DNA of 63,705 bases, filler included, from Octopus bimaculoides (taxonomy: Eukaryota): NCBI RefSeq assembly GCF_001194135.2. It is 5 parts of 3 records of this genome, joined end to end, with 100 filler letters (N's around TTAATTAATTAA, not from the genome) between each part and the next. Parts side by side here need not be neighbours in the genome. Positions count along the whole stretch, not along the records: positions 14,225 to 40,506 come from NC_068981.1; 4 more parts are not named here. One strand, given 5' to 3'. How positions within the stretch are numbered: position 1 is the first letter of the stretch; each line of letters opens with the position of its first letter. The notes under the pieces are model-generated. The model saw nothing but the letters and a program-made list of their open reading frames with translations, searched no databases and was not told where the DNA came from. This document shows, piece by piece, positions 25,481 through 40,009 of the stretch. The position numbers were made by a program, and so were the translations under genes.

Positions 25481-26054
25481 AAAATGAAATAATATCTCCC
25501 ATCATTTCTCTCCCTTTACCGTACGTCGCCCATGTCTAACACTCTCCTCTGACTCGCAGCACTGGCAAAAGAATTTTGCAATTGACTCGTATGTTACTGG
25601 TACGCGTTACAATGTGAAACGAGATTGTGTTTATAAATGTATTTAATAGGATTGACATCAAGTCTGCATATTCTTTTGAAACTCAAATGTCAATCTTTCT
25701 TTATTTAAATGTTTTTCTTTATCTTTACTATTTGCTATTAGATTTTTAGTGTTTTTCGGCTTGATTTAATGACCTCATCGTCGCTGTAACTTCTCATTGA
25801 CACTCCAGAGAGAGAAACAGTCTCGAACAACTAGTAAACAAACATTTCTTAAAATCAAATAAATATCTAAAAGACAAAATTTTGTCTAAACCTTATCCCC
25901 ACCCCACCACCAATGCATGAGGGATACCTCTGAAGCTTCCGCCAGAGGCCCCCTTCTTTGCAAAATGAAAACAAAACAATTTCCGTCATCAAATGAATCG
26001 TGGTAAAACCACTTTTTCTAAGAGCAGTCGCAAGCGACCTCCGTACATTCGCAT

Positions 26055-26055
<1 letters not shown>

Positions 26056-26131
<76 letters not shown>

Positions 26132-26236
26132 AAGAAGAAGAAGAAGAAGAAGAAGAAGAAGAAGAAGAAGAATAGCACGCTATAAAAATAAAACTACGAA
26201 ATAATAATGATGATGATGATAATAATAATAATGATG

Positions 26237-26283
<47 letters not shown>
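26056..26283. repeat. (TAA)n(GAA)n ... (TGA/TAA)n microsatellites
   Basis: Direct reading. Confidence 0.95.
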
Positions 26284-26284
<1 letters not shown>

Positions 26285-26576
26285 GTGAGGAACTAAAATA
26301 TTTAACAACCAGACTTTCTAAGACTCCATATGGTTGCAATAGGCTTATATCGATATAAAAACAGGTGTACTTATTTGTTTATTTGTAAAACACCGAGGTA
26401 TTTAATATGCTTGCGGTCATATAAATAAATATAAAAATAACGAATTGGTTAAATTTCGTGGTTATTTTATTTGAATTTATACTTTTTGTATGTCGTACTA
26501 CAACTCTAAAGAGAGGAAAGAAAATACAGCCCCCAAAAGAGTAAAGGGATAGAAAAAGAATAATAATAGCGATAGC

Positions 26577-27305
26577 GATGATGATGATGATGATGATGAT
26601 GATTGCTTTTATATGCCACAGGGGTGCCAGATAAGAGGTATATTACAAGGACAGTTTACAATTTGTGTGAGAATTTACATTTTATGATGAGGGGAAAATA
26701 AAGGGGGAAAAACAGTGAAATAAGACTTGTATATATATGAATACTATATAAGATATATGAATACATGAATGATGTAGTTTTCTTGATGCAGGAAAACCTC
26801 TAACGAGAGCAAGTCAAGTAACCCCATGACATGAGCCCTTGCCTAACTATTGTTCTCTTACCTACAGATGCATGCTTAGCGTAGATCTATCCACTCTAAC
26901 CATTTTTTCCACGAGTCACCCACCTTTTGACAAATTCACTAGGAGAGAGCACATTTCTTTCCAGCTTTACTTTCCTTTCCAAATGTAACTTATTGTTATG
27001 TCTCAAGCTACTGCTATCTAGCACCTTCGGATGATCTCTGCTCAACCGCTACACGACGGCTACTCAACTGTCAGTCAACCGTCAGTCAACTCCTACCACG
27101 GTCAGACTACCTCTATTTATATGTCTTGGTCGAGCCTACTTTTTCGCTTGGGGGCATCGACACAACACTTATAAAAGTCGATGAGAGCTTGGCCGAAGAG
27201 TGGGGTGTCTTTTCTCAGTCTTTGGCATCGAAGAGATACAAGAAGCTGCATAGAAACGTGTAACAGGAAGCTTGGAGAAATGTGTAGGAAGGTGTGAAAG
27301 GCGAA
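26577..27305 (-). mobile_element. Probable Tx1/L1-type LINE 3' remnant with (CAT)n tail
   Basis: Minus-strand translation ...HLERKVKLERNVLSPSEFVKRWV..MVRVDRSTLSMHL* resembles a Tx1/L1 ORF2 C-terminus. It is followed by a UTR and a trinucleotide tail. Confidence 0.5.
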
Positions 27306-27490
27306 TGAGAATTATTTAGAATTTATAAAAAACCAACGCATGAATACTTACATGGAATAGATAAAATATATACCAAAGCACAATGATTAGAACAAGATAT
27401 ATATATACATAATTTAAAAGTCCACTTGCATTGATCAGGGTATCGAACGTTCCTTATTAAGCAACCACTCTACATCCTTATATATATGTC

Positions 27491-27524
<34 letters not shown>

Positions 27525-27994
27525 GTATGTAGGTAGGTAGGTAGGTAGGTAGGTAGGTAGGTAGGTGTGCATGTGTGTGTGTGTGTGTGTGAGTGTGTGT
27601 GAATGTGTGTGCGCTCGTTAGTAAATCAGAAACAAAAGGCAAGAGAAATTTCTTTTTTCCATAAGGTAATCTCGTTAAAAGTTACTTTCTCTCGGAGTTC
27701 TGATATTCAACAAAGGCTTTAGAAGCACCTTTACATAGAGACAGGAGAGTCATTTGAGAGAAAAGAACAATCGATTATATCGACTCAAGAACTTCGTGAA
27801 AACTTTTTTTACCCTCGGCCGCTGAAGGATGGAAAATAATGCTGATTTTTGTAGGATTTGAACTCGGGATGAAAAGATAAGTACCTAGATGCCGAACGCA
27901 ATTTTACTTGTGGCTGTACCGATTCGGCCAATCAACATCCATAAATTTTGGAATAATAATGACGATGATGACGATGATAATGATGATAATAATA

Positions 27995-28491
27995 CTGAGA
28001 GGCAAGACGTGGTATGAGCACAAACCGCAGAGAGTGGCGGATTTTCCAATCCCAACATGTCAGGTGCTAGAGCATAACAGACCGGATCTAATGGTTGTGG
28101 ACGATATGCACCACATAGTTGATGGTGCATGCCCCTTTGACCTATGAATAGTCAAGAAGGAAGGCGAAAAGATAGATAAATACAACCCTCTTAAGTACGA
28201 AATAGCCCTGTTATGAAAAATGAAGCAAGTGAAGATAGTGCCAATTATTGTTGGATTCTTGGGAACAGTATCAGAAGGCATCAAGAGGAATGTAAAGGAC
28301 ATTGGAATAGAGTGCCCAGTAGAACTGTTGCAAAAAGTTTGCTTCCTTGGCACGGCCAGAATAATTAGGGAAGTATTAAATAGCTGAAAGGAACGGATAG
28401 CATGGTACCGTAGGCTGCAAGTAGTAAGCCCGCTACGCATGCAGGACTCTAGGGGCTCCCCAAAAAACTGTGATAAAGACAAATAATAATG

Positions 28492-28560
<69 letters not shown>
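27995..28560 (+). mobile_element. R4/Dong-like LINE 3' end (restriction-like endonuclease) with (TAA)n tail
   Basis: WYEHKP ... HNRPDLMVVD ... DGACPFD ... KEGEKIDKYNPLKYEI ... VKIVPIIVGFLGTV ... LQKVCFLGTARIIREVL*. This is the PD-(D/E)xK REL C-terminus typical of R4/Dong. Confidence 0.85.
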
Positions 28561-28563
<3 letters not shown>

Positions 28564-28579
28564 TGCAGTACCATGCCCT

Positions 28580-29157
28580 GATGCAGTATCAATGCCCGGA
28601 TGCAGTACTAGGCAGTGGCTCTCGTGGCTTCTCATCTTAATTGATTGGAAGTGTTATCATGTACATTGTCTTGTCTTGATATAAAAGATGGGCTACAGCA
28701 AATATTCTGTTAAATACCACAGATTTGCTTGTCAGTTTTTTACCATAACCAGTTGAGCATGTCCCTTGGTGGCTGGCGTTATGTGCATCTCTGATCATGA
28801 GCAGAAGTAGTGGGGAAGCATCATAGCCATGTATTGGGAGGAATTCTTTGGGGTTAGAATAATTCACTTTTGGAAACATGGGCGTTTTGCTCAACATCCT
28901 TAAACAAACCTTATTCAGAGACATTTTGAGCGGAATGGGCTACTCGACCTGAAGAAAATTCTAACTGGGCCCCACCTGCGATGTCATGCGCTGTATATCT
29001 TGATATGAGATCACCACGTCGCGCACATATGGTTGTGATGCATGTGCCTGGTGTACCCTTATCAGACGGGTAGTCATGATGGGTATAATGGGCTTCGTAT
29101 ATTTTACCCCAGTGTCACGTTGATGGCATGCACTACTCTCTCACTTAATAATAATAA
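28580..29157 (+). mobile_element. ~575-bp retroposon with (TAA)n tail
   Basis: A second (inverted) copy lies at 15153-15545. The element ends ...CACTACTCTCTCACTTAATAATAATAA. Confidence 0.8.
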
Positions 29158-29239
29158 NNNNNNNNNNAAGAAGAAGAAGAAGAAGAAGAAGAAGAAGAAG
29201 AAGAAGAAGAAGAAGAAGAAGAAGAAGAAGAAGAAGAAG

Positions 29240-29270
<31 letters not shown>

Positions 29271-29284
29271 GCAACAACAACAGC

Positions 29285-29326
<42 letters not shown>

Positions 29327-29334
29327 TCTGTGAA

Positions 29335-29485
29335 ATTTTGGTACTTGGCCAATAATTCTAGGGGAGGGAGTTAATCGATTACATCAAAGCGGGTGCTTGA
29401 CTGGTACTTTATTTTATCGACCCCGAGGAAATGAAAGGTAGAGTTGACTTCCATGAGATTTGAATGAGATTTGAACTTAAACAGG
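29335..29485 (-). mobile_element. SINE family D fragment
   Basis: CTGGTACTTTATTTTATCGACCCCGA..ATGAAAGGTAGAGTTGAC is the reverse complement of the 30440-30495 motif. Confidence 0.7.
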
Positions 29486-29552
29486 CGGAACAAATAATGA
29501 TGCAAAGGAATCTCTTTTTTTCAACCCCACCGAAGTCCTGTCAGCTCTACCA

Positions 29553-29605
<53 letters not shown>

Positions 29606-30360
29606 CGATGATCATGATGATGACGACGACGACGTCGATGAGGAAACAACCGATATAAAATAATAAATACGAAAGACGTTGTTTGGATTTCATCTATTTG
29701 ATTCTTGTCAAACAGACGGCTATTTTCTGCTTTGTTTTTCAGTTTTTGTATTTGGTTTGCTTTTTGTTGTTCTTTTTCTCGAGAGAAAATCAGAGAGAGG
29801 GGAGAAGAGAGAGAAACAGAGCGAGAGAGAGAGAGTAAGCAAGGAGGAGGGAAATCTCCTTGGAACAGCAAAGCAACATGGAAAGGGAAAATAAACATAG
29901 TAATATATGTGGGAGACCCCCATCTATTTATTAGTTCACGTTTTTAACAGTGTGGCAACCAATAATAAACAGAATATTCTATTGATTGTATTAAATCATT
30001 AAAGCATTCCTCAAAGTAAATATTTAACTTTCAACAGATGTAGCAAACTATACAGGAGATGTATACGGCTATTACAATGTCAATGTGGACCAGCGGATAG
30101 AATGTCAAACTTCAAAAGCCATGGGGAGAAACCTTATTCCCAGATGGCAACCGCATTTAGAGTTCAAATACCTCTCCGTTCTGGCTGTTATTCATGCCCA
30201 ATTTAAAAACGTGTGTGTGTGTGTGTACATTTCTATTATAATTCCCATTTTGGTGCACATGTACAACCAGGTGTAATCTAGAATACGAATATGAAAATGT
30301 ATTGTGTATGTTTGTACATGTATGACGCAACCATACGTATTAAAATATGAATCTCTGAAA

Positions 30361-30495
30361 GCGGTGAGCTGGCAGAAACGTTAGCACGCCGGGCGAAATG
30401 CTTAGCGGTATTTCGTCTGTCGTTACGTTCTGAGTTCAAATTCCGCGAAGGTTGACGTTGCCTTTTATCCTTTTGGGGTCGATAAATTAAGTACA
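30361..30495 (+). mobile_element. tRNA-related SINE family D
   Basis: GCGGTGAGCTGGCAGAAACGTTAGCACGCCGGGCG...GAGTTCAAATTCCG...GGGGTCGATAAATTAAGTAC. Degenerate relatives near 14795, 27790, 37200, 37625 and 57165. Confidence 0.8.
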
Positions 30496-32400
30496 CATAT
30501 ATCAATATATATATTGATATTTATATATAGATATAGATACATATATGCATATATATGTATATGTATATACATATATATATACATATATATATATATGCAT
30601 ATATATGTATATATACATGTAAATATACATATATATATGCATATATATATATACATATTAATATACACATATATATATATATATTTGTATATATGCATAT
30701 ATATCTATATATATATAATTATGTATATATTAAATGTTTAAATTTCTATTTTATATAATTTTCGAAGCGAAGTGCATCAATAATTTTTTTATTTATTTAT
30801 TTCATCTCTAGTGCACCAGGAAATCTAAAACACTGCTAGTGTGTTAAATGACGTGCTGCTATGTTTGAAAGAAAGAAAAAAACGACCCAATAATCGCAGT
30901 TTTAACATCTCTCATCAAAAACGTGCTTGCTCAGTCTGAATTAAGCACCAATAACGAGGACAAAAGATAAAATAGAAAGATTTGCTGGCATTGATATTGA
31001 ACCCATAATTTCTGGTACTAGAGGGTTTCAATGACATTTTATCCATTAAGAAAACTTATTGCAAAAAAAAAAAGACAGAAAGAAAATTCTTTTTATTTCG
31101 CGTTTTTCTTTCATTTTCTGAAAGAATTCAATTGAAATATATTCAAGAAACTGTTCTTTATTTCAATTCTGCAAACCAATATATTGTACACATATGTGTA
31201 TACGTGTGCGTGTGTGTATGTGTGTGTGTGCATGTGTGTGAGTGTGTGTGTGTGCGTGTGTCTGTGTGTCTGTGTGTGTATGCATATACAAATATGTATA
31301 TATGTGTGCTTACACACACATGTATGCGTACATAGAGTCATGGATATATACATGCATACATACACACACAAATATATATATACATATATCTATATATATA
31401 TATATATATATNNNNNNNNNNNNNNNNNNNNNNNNNNNNNNNNNNNNNNNNNNNNNNNNNNNNNNNNNNNNNNNNNNNNNNNNNNNNNNNNNNNNNNNNN
31501 NNNNNNNNNNNNNNNNNNNNNNNNNNNNNNNNNNNNNNNNNNNNNNNNNNNNNNNNNNNNNNNNNNNNNNNNNNNNNNNNNNNNNNNNNNNNNNNNNNNN
31601 NNNNNNNNNNNNNNNNNNNNNNNNNNNNNNNNNNNNNNNNNNNNNNNNNNNNNNNNNNNNNNNNNNNNNNNNNNNNNNNNNNNNNNNNNNNNNNNNNNNN
31701 NNNNNNNNNNNNNNNNNNNNNNNNNNNNNNNNNNNNNNNNNNNNNNNNNNNNNNNNNNNNNNNNNNNNNNNNNNNNNNNNNNNNNNNNNNNNNNNNNNNN
31801 NNNNNNNNNNNNNNNNNNNNNNNNNNNNNNNNNNNNNNNNNNNNNNNNNNNNNNNNNNNNNNNNNNNNNNNNNNNNNNNNNNNNNNNNNNNNNNNNNNNN
31901 NNNNNNNNNNNNNNNNNNNNNNNNNNNNNNNNNNNNNNNNNNNNNNNNNNNNNNNNNNNNNNNNNNNNNNNNNNNNNNNNNNNNNNNNNNNNNNNNNNNN
32001 NNNNNNNNNNNNNNNNNNNNNNNNNNNNNNNNNNNNNNNNNNNNNNNNNNNNNNNNNNNNNNNNNNNNNNNNNNNNNNNNNNNNNNNNNNNNNNNNNNNN
32101 NNNNNNNNNNNNNNNNNNNNNNNNNNNNNNNNNNNNNNNNNNNNNNNNNNNNNNNNNNNNNNNNNNNNNNNNNNNNNNNNNNNNNNNNNNNNNNNNNNNN
32201 NNNNNNNNNNNNNNNNNNNNNNNNNNNNNNNNNNNNNNNNNNNNNNNNNNNNNNNNNNNNNNNNNNNNNNNNNNNNNNNNNNNNNNNNNNNNNNNNNNNN
32301 NNNNNNNNNNNNNNNNNNNNNNNNNNNNNNNNNNNNNNNNNNNNNNNNNNNNNNNNNAATAATAATAGTAATAATAATAATAATAATAATGATAATAATA

Positions 32401-32476
<76 letters not shown>

Positions 32477-32947
32477 TATTAATAATGATGATGATGATGA
32501 TGATGATGTTGATTTTCAGCTAAGTAAAAGTGGAGCATGTTTTTTAAAAATATATATTTGACTTTCTTGTGTGTTACACAACAAACGAATCATGAGTTTG
32601 TTTGTTTTTTTTGTGTACATTTTGTTTATTCTTTTGTTATTTTATTGTATATATTTTGCATGTATGGTGACCTACTTTTTCCATGATACTAATATTAACT
32701 AAACTGGAAAGGCTGACATGTTATTTTGTAAATCTCGAGTAAAAAAAAAATGTGAAATGGCTTGGAATTCAGTCATGTCTTTGAGAAGTTAACTCTGATG
32801 AAATTTCCGTATCCCATGAAAATGCCAGAGAAAATTCTTTGGTTTTATAACCCAATTCATACACTCCACTCGTGTTTATAATGTGTGTTTCTCAATACTG
32901 CAGTAATGTCAATAACGAGTGTGTGCATGTTTGTGTATATACATACA

Positions 32948-32981
<34 letters not shown>

Positions 32982-33447
32982 NNNNNNNNNNGTGTGTGTT
33001 TATGTGTGTTTCTGTGTATTTATGTATGTATGCTTCGACAATGTATGCTTGCGTGCATGTGTCTCTATGTACATATGTATACGTTTAGAGACAAGCATAC
33101 ATAAATCTATTATGTATTGTAAATTCCATTATAACTGTAATTTCAAACAAGCTTACATTCTAAGAAATCCTGCTGTTACTAACAGTTATTCACAAACTTT
33201 AATTTATAAAGTATACTTAGATCTTTTTTTTTTTTTCAAATCTCTATATATACATTTTTTTAAATATCTATTATAATAAATACTTTCCCTCTATTTATTT
33301 TTTCCTTTTTTTTTTCGGAAATTTTCATGTCTATTTTCTATGCATCTATTTTTAAATTTCATTTTTACATACAAACTAGTAAGAAAAAAAAATAACGAAA
33401 TGAAAATAACAGCAACAACAACAAAAATAATTATAACGATAGTGATG

Positions 33448-33555
<108 letters not shown>

Positions 33556-35328
33556 GTAATAATAATAATAANNNNNNNNNNNNNNNNNNNNNNNNNNNNN
33601 NNNNNNNNNNNNNNNNNNNNNNNNNNNNNNNNNNNNNNNNNNNNNNNNNNNNNNNNNNNNNNNNNNNNNNNNNNNNNNNNNNNNNNNNNNNNNNNNNNNN
33701 NNNNNNNNNNNNNNNNNNNNNNNNNNNNNNNNNNNNNNNNNNNNNNNNNNNNNNNNNNNNNNNNNNNNNNNNNNNNNNNNNNNNNNNNNNNNNNNNNNNN
33801 NNNNNNNNNNNNNNNNNNNNNNNNNNNNNNNNNNNNNNNNNNNNNNNNNNNNNNNNNNNNNNNNNNNNNNNNNNNNNNNNNNNNNNNNNNNNNNNNNNNN
33901 NNNNNNNNNNNNNNNNNNNNNNNNNNNNNNNNNNNNNNNNNNNNNNNNNNNNNNNNNNNNNNNNNNNNNNNNNNNNNNNNNNNNNNNNNNNNNNNNNNNN
34001 NNNNNNNNNNNNNNNNNNNNNNNNNNNNNNNNNNNNNNNNNNNNNNNNNNNNNNNNNNNNNNNNNNNNNNNNNNNNNNNNNNNNNNNNNNNNNNNNNNNN
34101 NNNNNNNNNNNNNNNNNNNNNNNNNNNNNNNNNNNNNNNNNNNNNNNNNNNNNNNNNNNNNNNNNNNNNNNNNNNNNNNNNNNNNNNNNNNNNNNNNNNN
34201 NNNNNNNNNNNNNNNNNNNNNNNNNNNNNNNNNNNNNNNNNNNNNNNNNNNNNNNNNNNNNNNNNNNNNNNNNNNNNNNNNNNNNNNNNNNNNNNNNNNN
34301 NNNNNNNNNNNNNNNNNNNNNNNNNNNNNNNNNNNNNNNNNNNNNNNNNNNNNNNNNNNNNNNNNNNNNNNNNNNNNNNNNNNNNNNNNNNNNNNNNNNN
34401 NNNNNNNNNNNNNTATGTATGTATGTATGTATGTATATATGGGTGTTAACCCTGACTTTTATGCTATTAGGCTCATCCACCGGATCCAGGGTATCAGACA
34501 GACAGTAAACCAGCGATTGACTTTTTTATGAAATACGTGCCTTAATTCCACAAATACGTGCAGAGATTTTAGAAATATCAATAAGGCGAATGAAGTGAGC
34601 AAGTTCTCTTATTATATTGATTAACAATTGTTTCATCTTAATTCGATCACATGAATATTGCTATATTATGCAAAAATATATATATTGCATCTATTGATTC
34701 ACTAGGTGTCGTTCGAGTCTTCAGAATTATGTATATTAGTTATATGCTGTAGATAGTTGAATTATCAATAATTTATGCCCATGTCATGTTGAGCGGGTTT
34801 ACATGGTTACATTTGCATATTACAAGCAAAACAAAGGAAAGCAAACCCTGGTTTGAATTAACTGGTCTAGAAGAAATATGAATTAAACAGAGAATAGACA
34901 AAATAAGAAACAGAAAAGAAAAAAACGAATGTCTTTGCTTTTAGCCAATGTAATAAATTATAGACTTGGTAACAGTTTCTATCTCAAAAGGTATTTGATG
35001 GAAATGTTTTTCAAAGTTTTTTTTGGTTTTTTGTAATGCTGTTGCGGTATGTTTGTCCGATCACTTATTTAGATAAGGAATCCCAAACATACGTTTGTAA
35101 TTTTATCACAGGGAAATCTTTTTGTTTGTTACATCGTTGTAGTCAGATATTGGCGTTACAGGGGTCAAATGTCATTTGTCATAGAATTCAGAAGCTACAC
35201 ATATATATTTACACGTACGCACACTAAGAGATAAAAAAGATGCAGTTGTTGTTAATACCTTATAAGGCATGTCTTACCAAAACAACATTAAATACAAAAG
35301 ATTTCTCTGTACACAGACATAAAGAATA

Positions 35329-35712
35329 GTGGCGGCGCAATGGCCCAGTGGTTAGGGCAGCAGACTCGCGGTCATAGGATCGCAGTTTCGATTCTCAGAC
35401 CGGGCGTTGTGAGTGTTTATTGAGCGAAAACACCTTAAGCTCCACGATGCTCCTGCAGGGGATGGTGGCGAACCCTGCTGTACTCTTCCACCACAACTTT
35501 CTCTCACTCTTACTTCCTGTTTCTGTTGTGCCTGTAATTCAAAGGGTCGGCCTTGTCACTCTGTGTCACGCTGAATATCCCCGAGAACTACGTTAAGGGT
35601 ACACGTGTCTGTGGAGTGGTCAGCCAGTTGCACGTTAACTTCACGAGCAAGCTGTTCCGTTGATTGGATCAACTGGAACCCTCGTTGTCGTAAGCGACGG
35701 AGTGCCATCAAA
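35329..35712 (+). mobile_element. tRNA-derived SINE (head B + tail Y), full length
   Basis: The head matches 14312-14500; the tail matches the reverse complement of 19616-19885. Confidence 0.9.
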
Positions 35713-35751
35713 TATATATATAAATATAAAGGATAACACTAGTGCTTTATG

Positions 35752-36150
35752 TGTAGGCGTGGTTATATGGTCAGAAGTTTGCTTCCTAAGCGCATGGTTC
35801 CTTGGGCAAGTGACTTCTACCACAGCCTCAGGCCGACTAAAACCTCATGGTTGAATTTGGCTGTCGGAAACTGAAAGAAGCCCGTGACCACAATAGTACC
35901 GTGTGTATGTGTGTGTGTGTGTGTGTGTGTGCGTGTGTGTGTGTCTGAGTTTTGTCTCCCACCACCGTTCGACAACCCTGTTGAAGTGTTTATGTTCTCG
36001 TAACTTAGCGGTTAGACAAAAGAGACGGTAAATAAGTACCAGGTTTTTTTTTTAAAAAACCAAGTACCTGGAACGATTCGTTCGACTAAAATTCTTCAAA
36101 GTGGTGCACAAGAATGGCTGCGGGCTAATGATTGAAACGAGTAAAAAATA
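35752..36150 (+). mobile_element. SINE family A, degenerate full-length copy
   Basis: TTGGGCAAGTGACTTCTAC...GGAAACTGAAAGAAGCCCG...(TG)n...TGATTGAAACGAGTAAAA. Confidence 0.75.
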
Positions 36151-36178
36151 AAAGATAAAAAACGTGTGTGTGTATGTG

Positions 36179-36209
<31 letters not shown>

Positions 36210-37621
36210 CCGTCCGTGTGTGTGTGTCCGTTCATGTGTGTGTGTCCGTCCGTGTGTGCGTATGTGTGTGTACGTGTGCGTATGTGTGTGTACGTGTGTG
36301 TGTGTGTATTTCCCTATACATACACACAAGTAGGTAAACGCACACGAATGCGTGCAATACAGTCATAGATTACCTAAGCAAAGTATTTAAATCACTGAAA
36401 GTGCATAACGAATCAACAGGTAGTCGGTGCTATGACATCATATCGAAGTGAACTAAAAACACAAAACTCGGGAAGAATAAACCTCAAAAAATGGCACATT
36501 AAAATCTGATATATTTATTATACATATATATCAGTGTGTGTTTAGTATTATCCTTATAAACAGGATATATAAAAGTATACGATTGGTTAGTCATAAATTG
36601 TTATATAACCAATAGCTATAGCCGTCATAATTTTCATTAACATAACTCGCTTTTAGAAAAACAGGTGAAAGAGAGGAACAAACATAGTTAACGCTGTTGG
36701 TTAGTAGGTATATTTCCCTGCTCATATGCATTAGAACTGCCAAGAAAATTGTATTAATATAAACGTAAAAGCTCAGGATTGTCTAATAAATATTACAGAA
36801 CTTCTTCCTATTCTTCTTCTTCTTTTCCTTCCTCCTCTCTCTCTTCTTTGTTTTATGCTTTTCCTTTTTCTCACTTTGCTTACCCCATCCCTTTTCTGTT
36901 TTCTTTTTCTTCTTTTACTTTTATATATACCTTTGTTCTTTTGTTTCTCTTCGCCCTGGCTTCTCTTAGTATCTCACTTGGAAGCATTTCAAGTTGTTGT
37001 TGTTGTTGTTGTTGTTGTGGTTTAAATTTATGTTTCGCGGAGTAGTGTTACCTACTTTCATTTTCTTTATAGTCTTTCTTGCTAAATACATTATGTCAGC
37101 AAAAATATTATTCTGCCAGACGAAATGCTTTTGAAGTATTTAGGCTCTTGGATTTGCAGAAAAGTTTAGAGCGTCGGCTTTGCGATATTTCTTCCAGATC
37201 TTCTCGATCTGAATTCAAATCCTAACGTGATCAACATTGTCTTTCATCCATCCGAGGGTCGATAAAATAAAGTACCACTCAAATACTGGAATCGATAAAA
37301 TTGATAGTTCCCTTTCAACGAATTGCTGTTTGTTCTTGGGTTTTGTTTTGTCAAAATTGTTTTATGGGTGGCAGAACCAGTGCAGCCTCGATAAAGATCT
37401 CGCTAGGTTGAACTCACCTTTTGTCGATTTGGGTATGTGGTAGGGTTTATAAAATAAAGAACCAATCATGATATGCGGGGTAATTTGATCGACAAAACGA
37501 CTATATTTTAGCACACACACACACATACACACACACACACATACACACACACACACATACACACACACACAATTGCATCCAGCTTCAGTTAGAAACAAAT
37601 ATTCAGCTTCGTTTAAGGCAT

Positions 37622-37736
37622 TGAGTCGGTAGAATCGTTAGCACGCGGAGCAAAATGCTTGGCGACATTTCGTCCGCCTTCACATTCAGATTTCAAATTC
37701 CACCGAAGTCGACTTTGTCTTTTATCGATAAAATAA
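37622..37736 (+). mobile_element. SINE family D, degenerate
   Basis: GTCGGTAGAATCGTTAGCACGCGGAGCAAAATGCTT...TTCAAATTCCACCGAAGTCGACTTTG. Confidence 0.7.
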
Positions 37737-37870
37737 GTGGAATTGCAAAAAAATAGTTGAAAAAATTCAAAACTCTGCAAAACTTCGGTACAAATGATTC
37801 ATGGTTCAAAACATTGCTTACACTTTACTCAACCTGATATATACGTATATATATAAATATATATATACAC

Positions 37871-37914
<44 letters not shown>

Positions 37915-38787
37915 NNNNNNNNNNNNNNNNNNNNNNNNNNNNNNNNNNNNNNNNNNNNNNNNNNNNNNNNNNNNNNNNNNNNNNNNNNNNNNNNNNNNNN
38001 NNNNNNNNNNNNNNNNNNNNNNNNNNNNNNNNNNNNNNNNNNNNNNNNNNNNNNNNNNNNNNNNNNNNNNNNNNNNNNNNNNNNNNNNNNNNNNNNNNNN
38101 NNNNNNNNNNNNNNNNNNNNNNNNNNNNNNNNNNNNNNNNNNNNNNNNNNNNNNNNNNNNNNNNNNNNNNNNNNNNNNNNNNNNNNNNNNNNNNNNNNNN
38201 NNNNNNNNNNNNNNNNNNNNNNNNNNNNNNNNNNNNNNNNNNNNNNNNNNNNNNNNNNNNNNNNNNNNNNNNNNNNNNNNNNNNNNNNNNNNNNNNNNNN
38301 NNNNNNNNNNNNNNNNNNNNNNNNNNNNNNNNNNNNNNNNNNNNNNNNNNNNNNNNNNNNNNNNNNNNNNNNNNNNNNNNNNNNNNNNNNNNNNNNNNNN
38401 NNNNNNNNNNNNNNNNNNNNNNNNNNNNNNNNNNNNNNNNNNNNNNNNNNNNNNNNNNNNNNNNNNNNNNNNNNNNNNNNNNNNNNNNNNNNNNNNNNNN
38501 NNNNNNNNNNNNNNNNNNNNNNNNNNNNNNNNNNNNNNNNNNNNNNNNNNNNNNNNNNNNNNNNNNNNNNNNNNNNNNNNNNNNNNNNNNNNNNNNNNNN
38601 NNNNNNNNNNNNNNNNNNNNNNNNNNNNNNNNNNNNNNNNNNNNNNNNNNNNNNNNNNNNNNNNNNNNNNNNNNNNNNNNNNNNNNNNNNNNNNNNNNNN
38701 NNNNNNNNNNNNNNNNNNNNNNNNNNNNNNNNNNNNNNNNNNNNNNNNNNNNNNNNNNNNNNNNNNNNNNNNNNNNNNNNNNNNNNN

Positions 38788-38836
38788 GGAATTAAATGGT
38801 CTTGATTTACTGTCAGGTAACTTTTGGCCAACCCTG
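38788..38836. mobile_element. Terminal inverted repeat of a Tc1/mariner element extending into the gap
   Basis: ...AACTTTTGGCCAACCCTG followed by TA; the reverse complement CAGGGTTGGCCAAAAGTT is a Tc1/mariner-type end. Confidence 0.5.
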
Positions 38837-38842
38837 TATATA

Positions 38843-39316
38843 CAGACATGAAAGAAGTAAATAGACACCCTTATAATCATTAAAATGTATTTAAATCTGA
38901 AATTATACACTCAAATTATTTGTTAGTTGTTATAATGTGAACATTTAATATTTAGTAGACATACTCTCTGCATTTTTCAATGCAAAGGTCTTTTAGGCAT
39001 GTTATTAATCAGATGGTGAATATTCTCTTGCTGAATTTCTTGCTAAGTTTCATGCAATAATCTCAAAAGATCTGGCTTTGAAGATGCGTTCTTGCTCTTT
39101 TTATGAAATGTCTTGTCCATTATGCCCCAGAGATGTTCTATAGGGTTCATATCTGGTAACTGGCTTGGCTATGGAAGTTTTCTAATGGCATTCTTTTCCA
39201 ACAAATCTTGGGTCATTTTAACCGTGTGACAAGGAATCCCATCTTACATAAATAGAGAGTCTTCTTTAATCATTTCACCACTGGAGAAGTTTAGAAGGAG
39301 TCCTTTCTGCAATATA
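38843..39316 (-). mobile_element. Tc1 (DD34E) transposon 3' fragment
   Basis: Minus-strand translation: LFM*DGIPCHTVKMTQDLLEKNAIRKLP*PSQLPDMNPIEHLWGIMD ... IHHLINNMPKR. The end TA-CAGACATGAAAGAAGTAAATAGACACCC is TIR-like. Confidence 0.8.
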
Positions 39317-39960
39317 TGTGTATGTATGCATGCATGTATATGTACACATATATATATATGTATATGTACACATATATATGTACACATATATATGCATGAC
39401 TTCTCTAAATAAATGCCTTTAAATATTTTATGATAAATATGTACGTATATGTATANNNNNNNNNNNNNNNNNNNNNNNNNNNNNNNNNNNNNNNNNNNNN
39501 NNNNNNNNNNNNNNNNNNNNNNNNNNNNNNNNNNNNNNNNNNNNNNNNNNNNNNNNNNNNNNNNNNNNNNNNNNNNNNNNNNNNNNNNNNNNNNNNNNNN
39601 NNNNNNNNNNNNNNNNNNNNNNNNNNNNNNNNNNNNNNNNNNNNNNNNNNNNNNNNNNNNNNNNNNNNNNNNNNNNNNNNNNNNNNNNNNNNNNNNNNNN
39701 NNNNNNNNNNNNNNNNNNNNNNNNNNNNNNNNNNNNNNNNNNNNNNNNNNNNNNNNNNCTATATCCACCATCAGAATGACCCCACAATACGGCCTCTTTG
39801 AAATTCAGACAGTTCCAAGGCTTCTTTTGTACATGGCATGATTAAACAGTCACATATAGAATCTGAAACATAAAAATGTCGATTAATAAGAAATATAAAC
39901 CTTTACAAGTTACAATAAACAGAAAACGATGTTTTATGTGGTGTCTATTTACTTCTAACA

Positions 39961-40009
<49 letters not shown>

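Noticed and set aside
32795-32826. CTGATGA...GAAA spacing
   Set aside because: The intervening 16 nt cannot form stem II, and no stem III or stem I is present.
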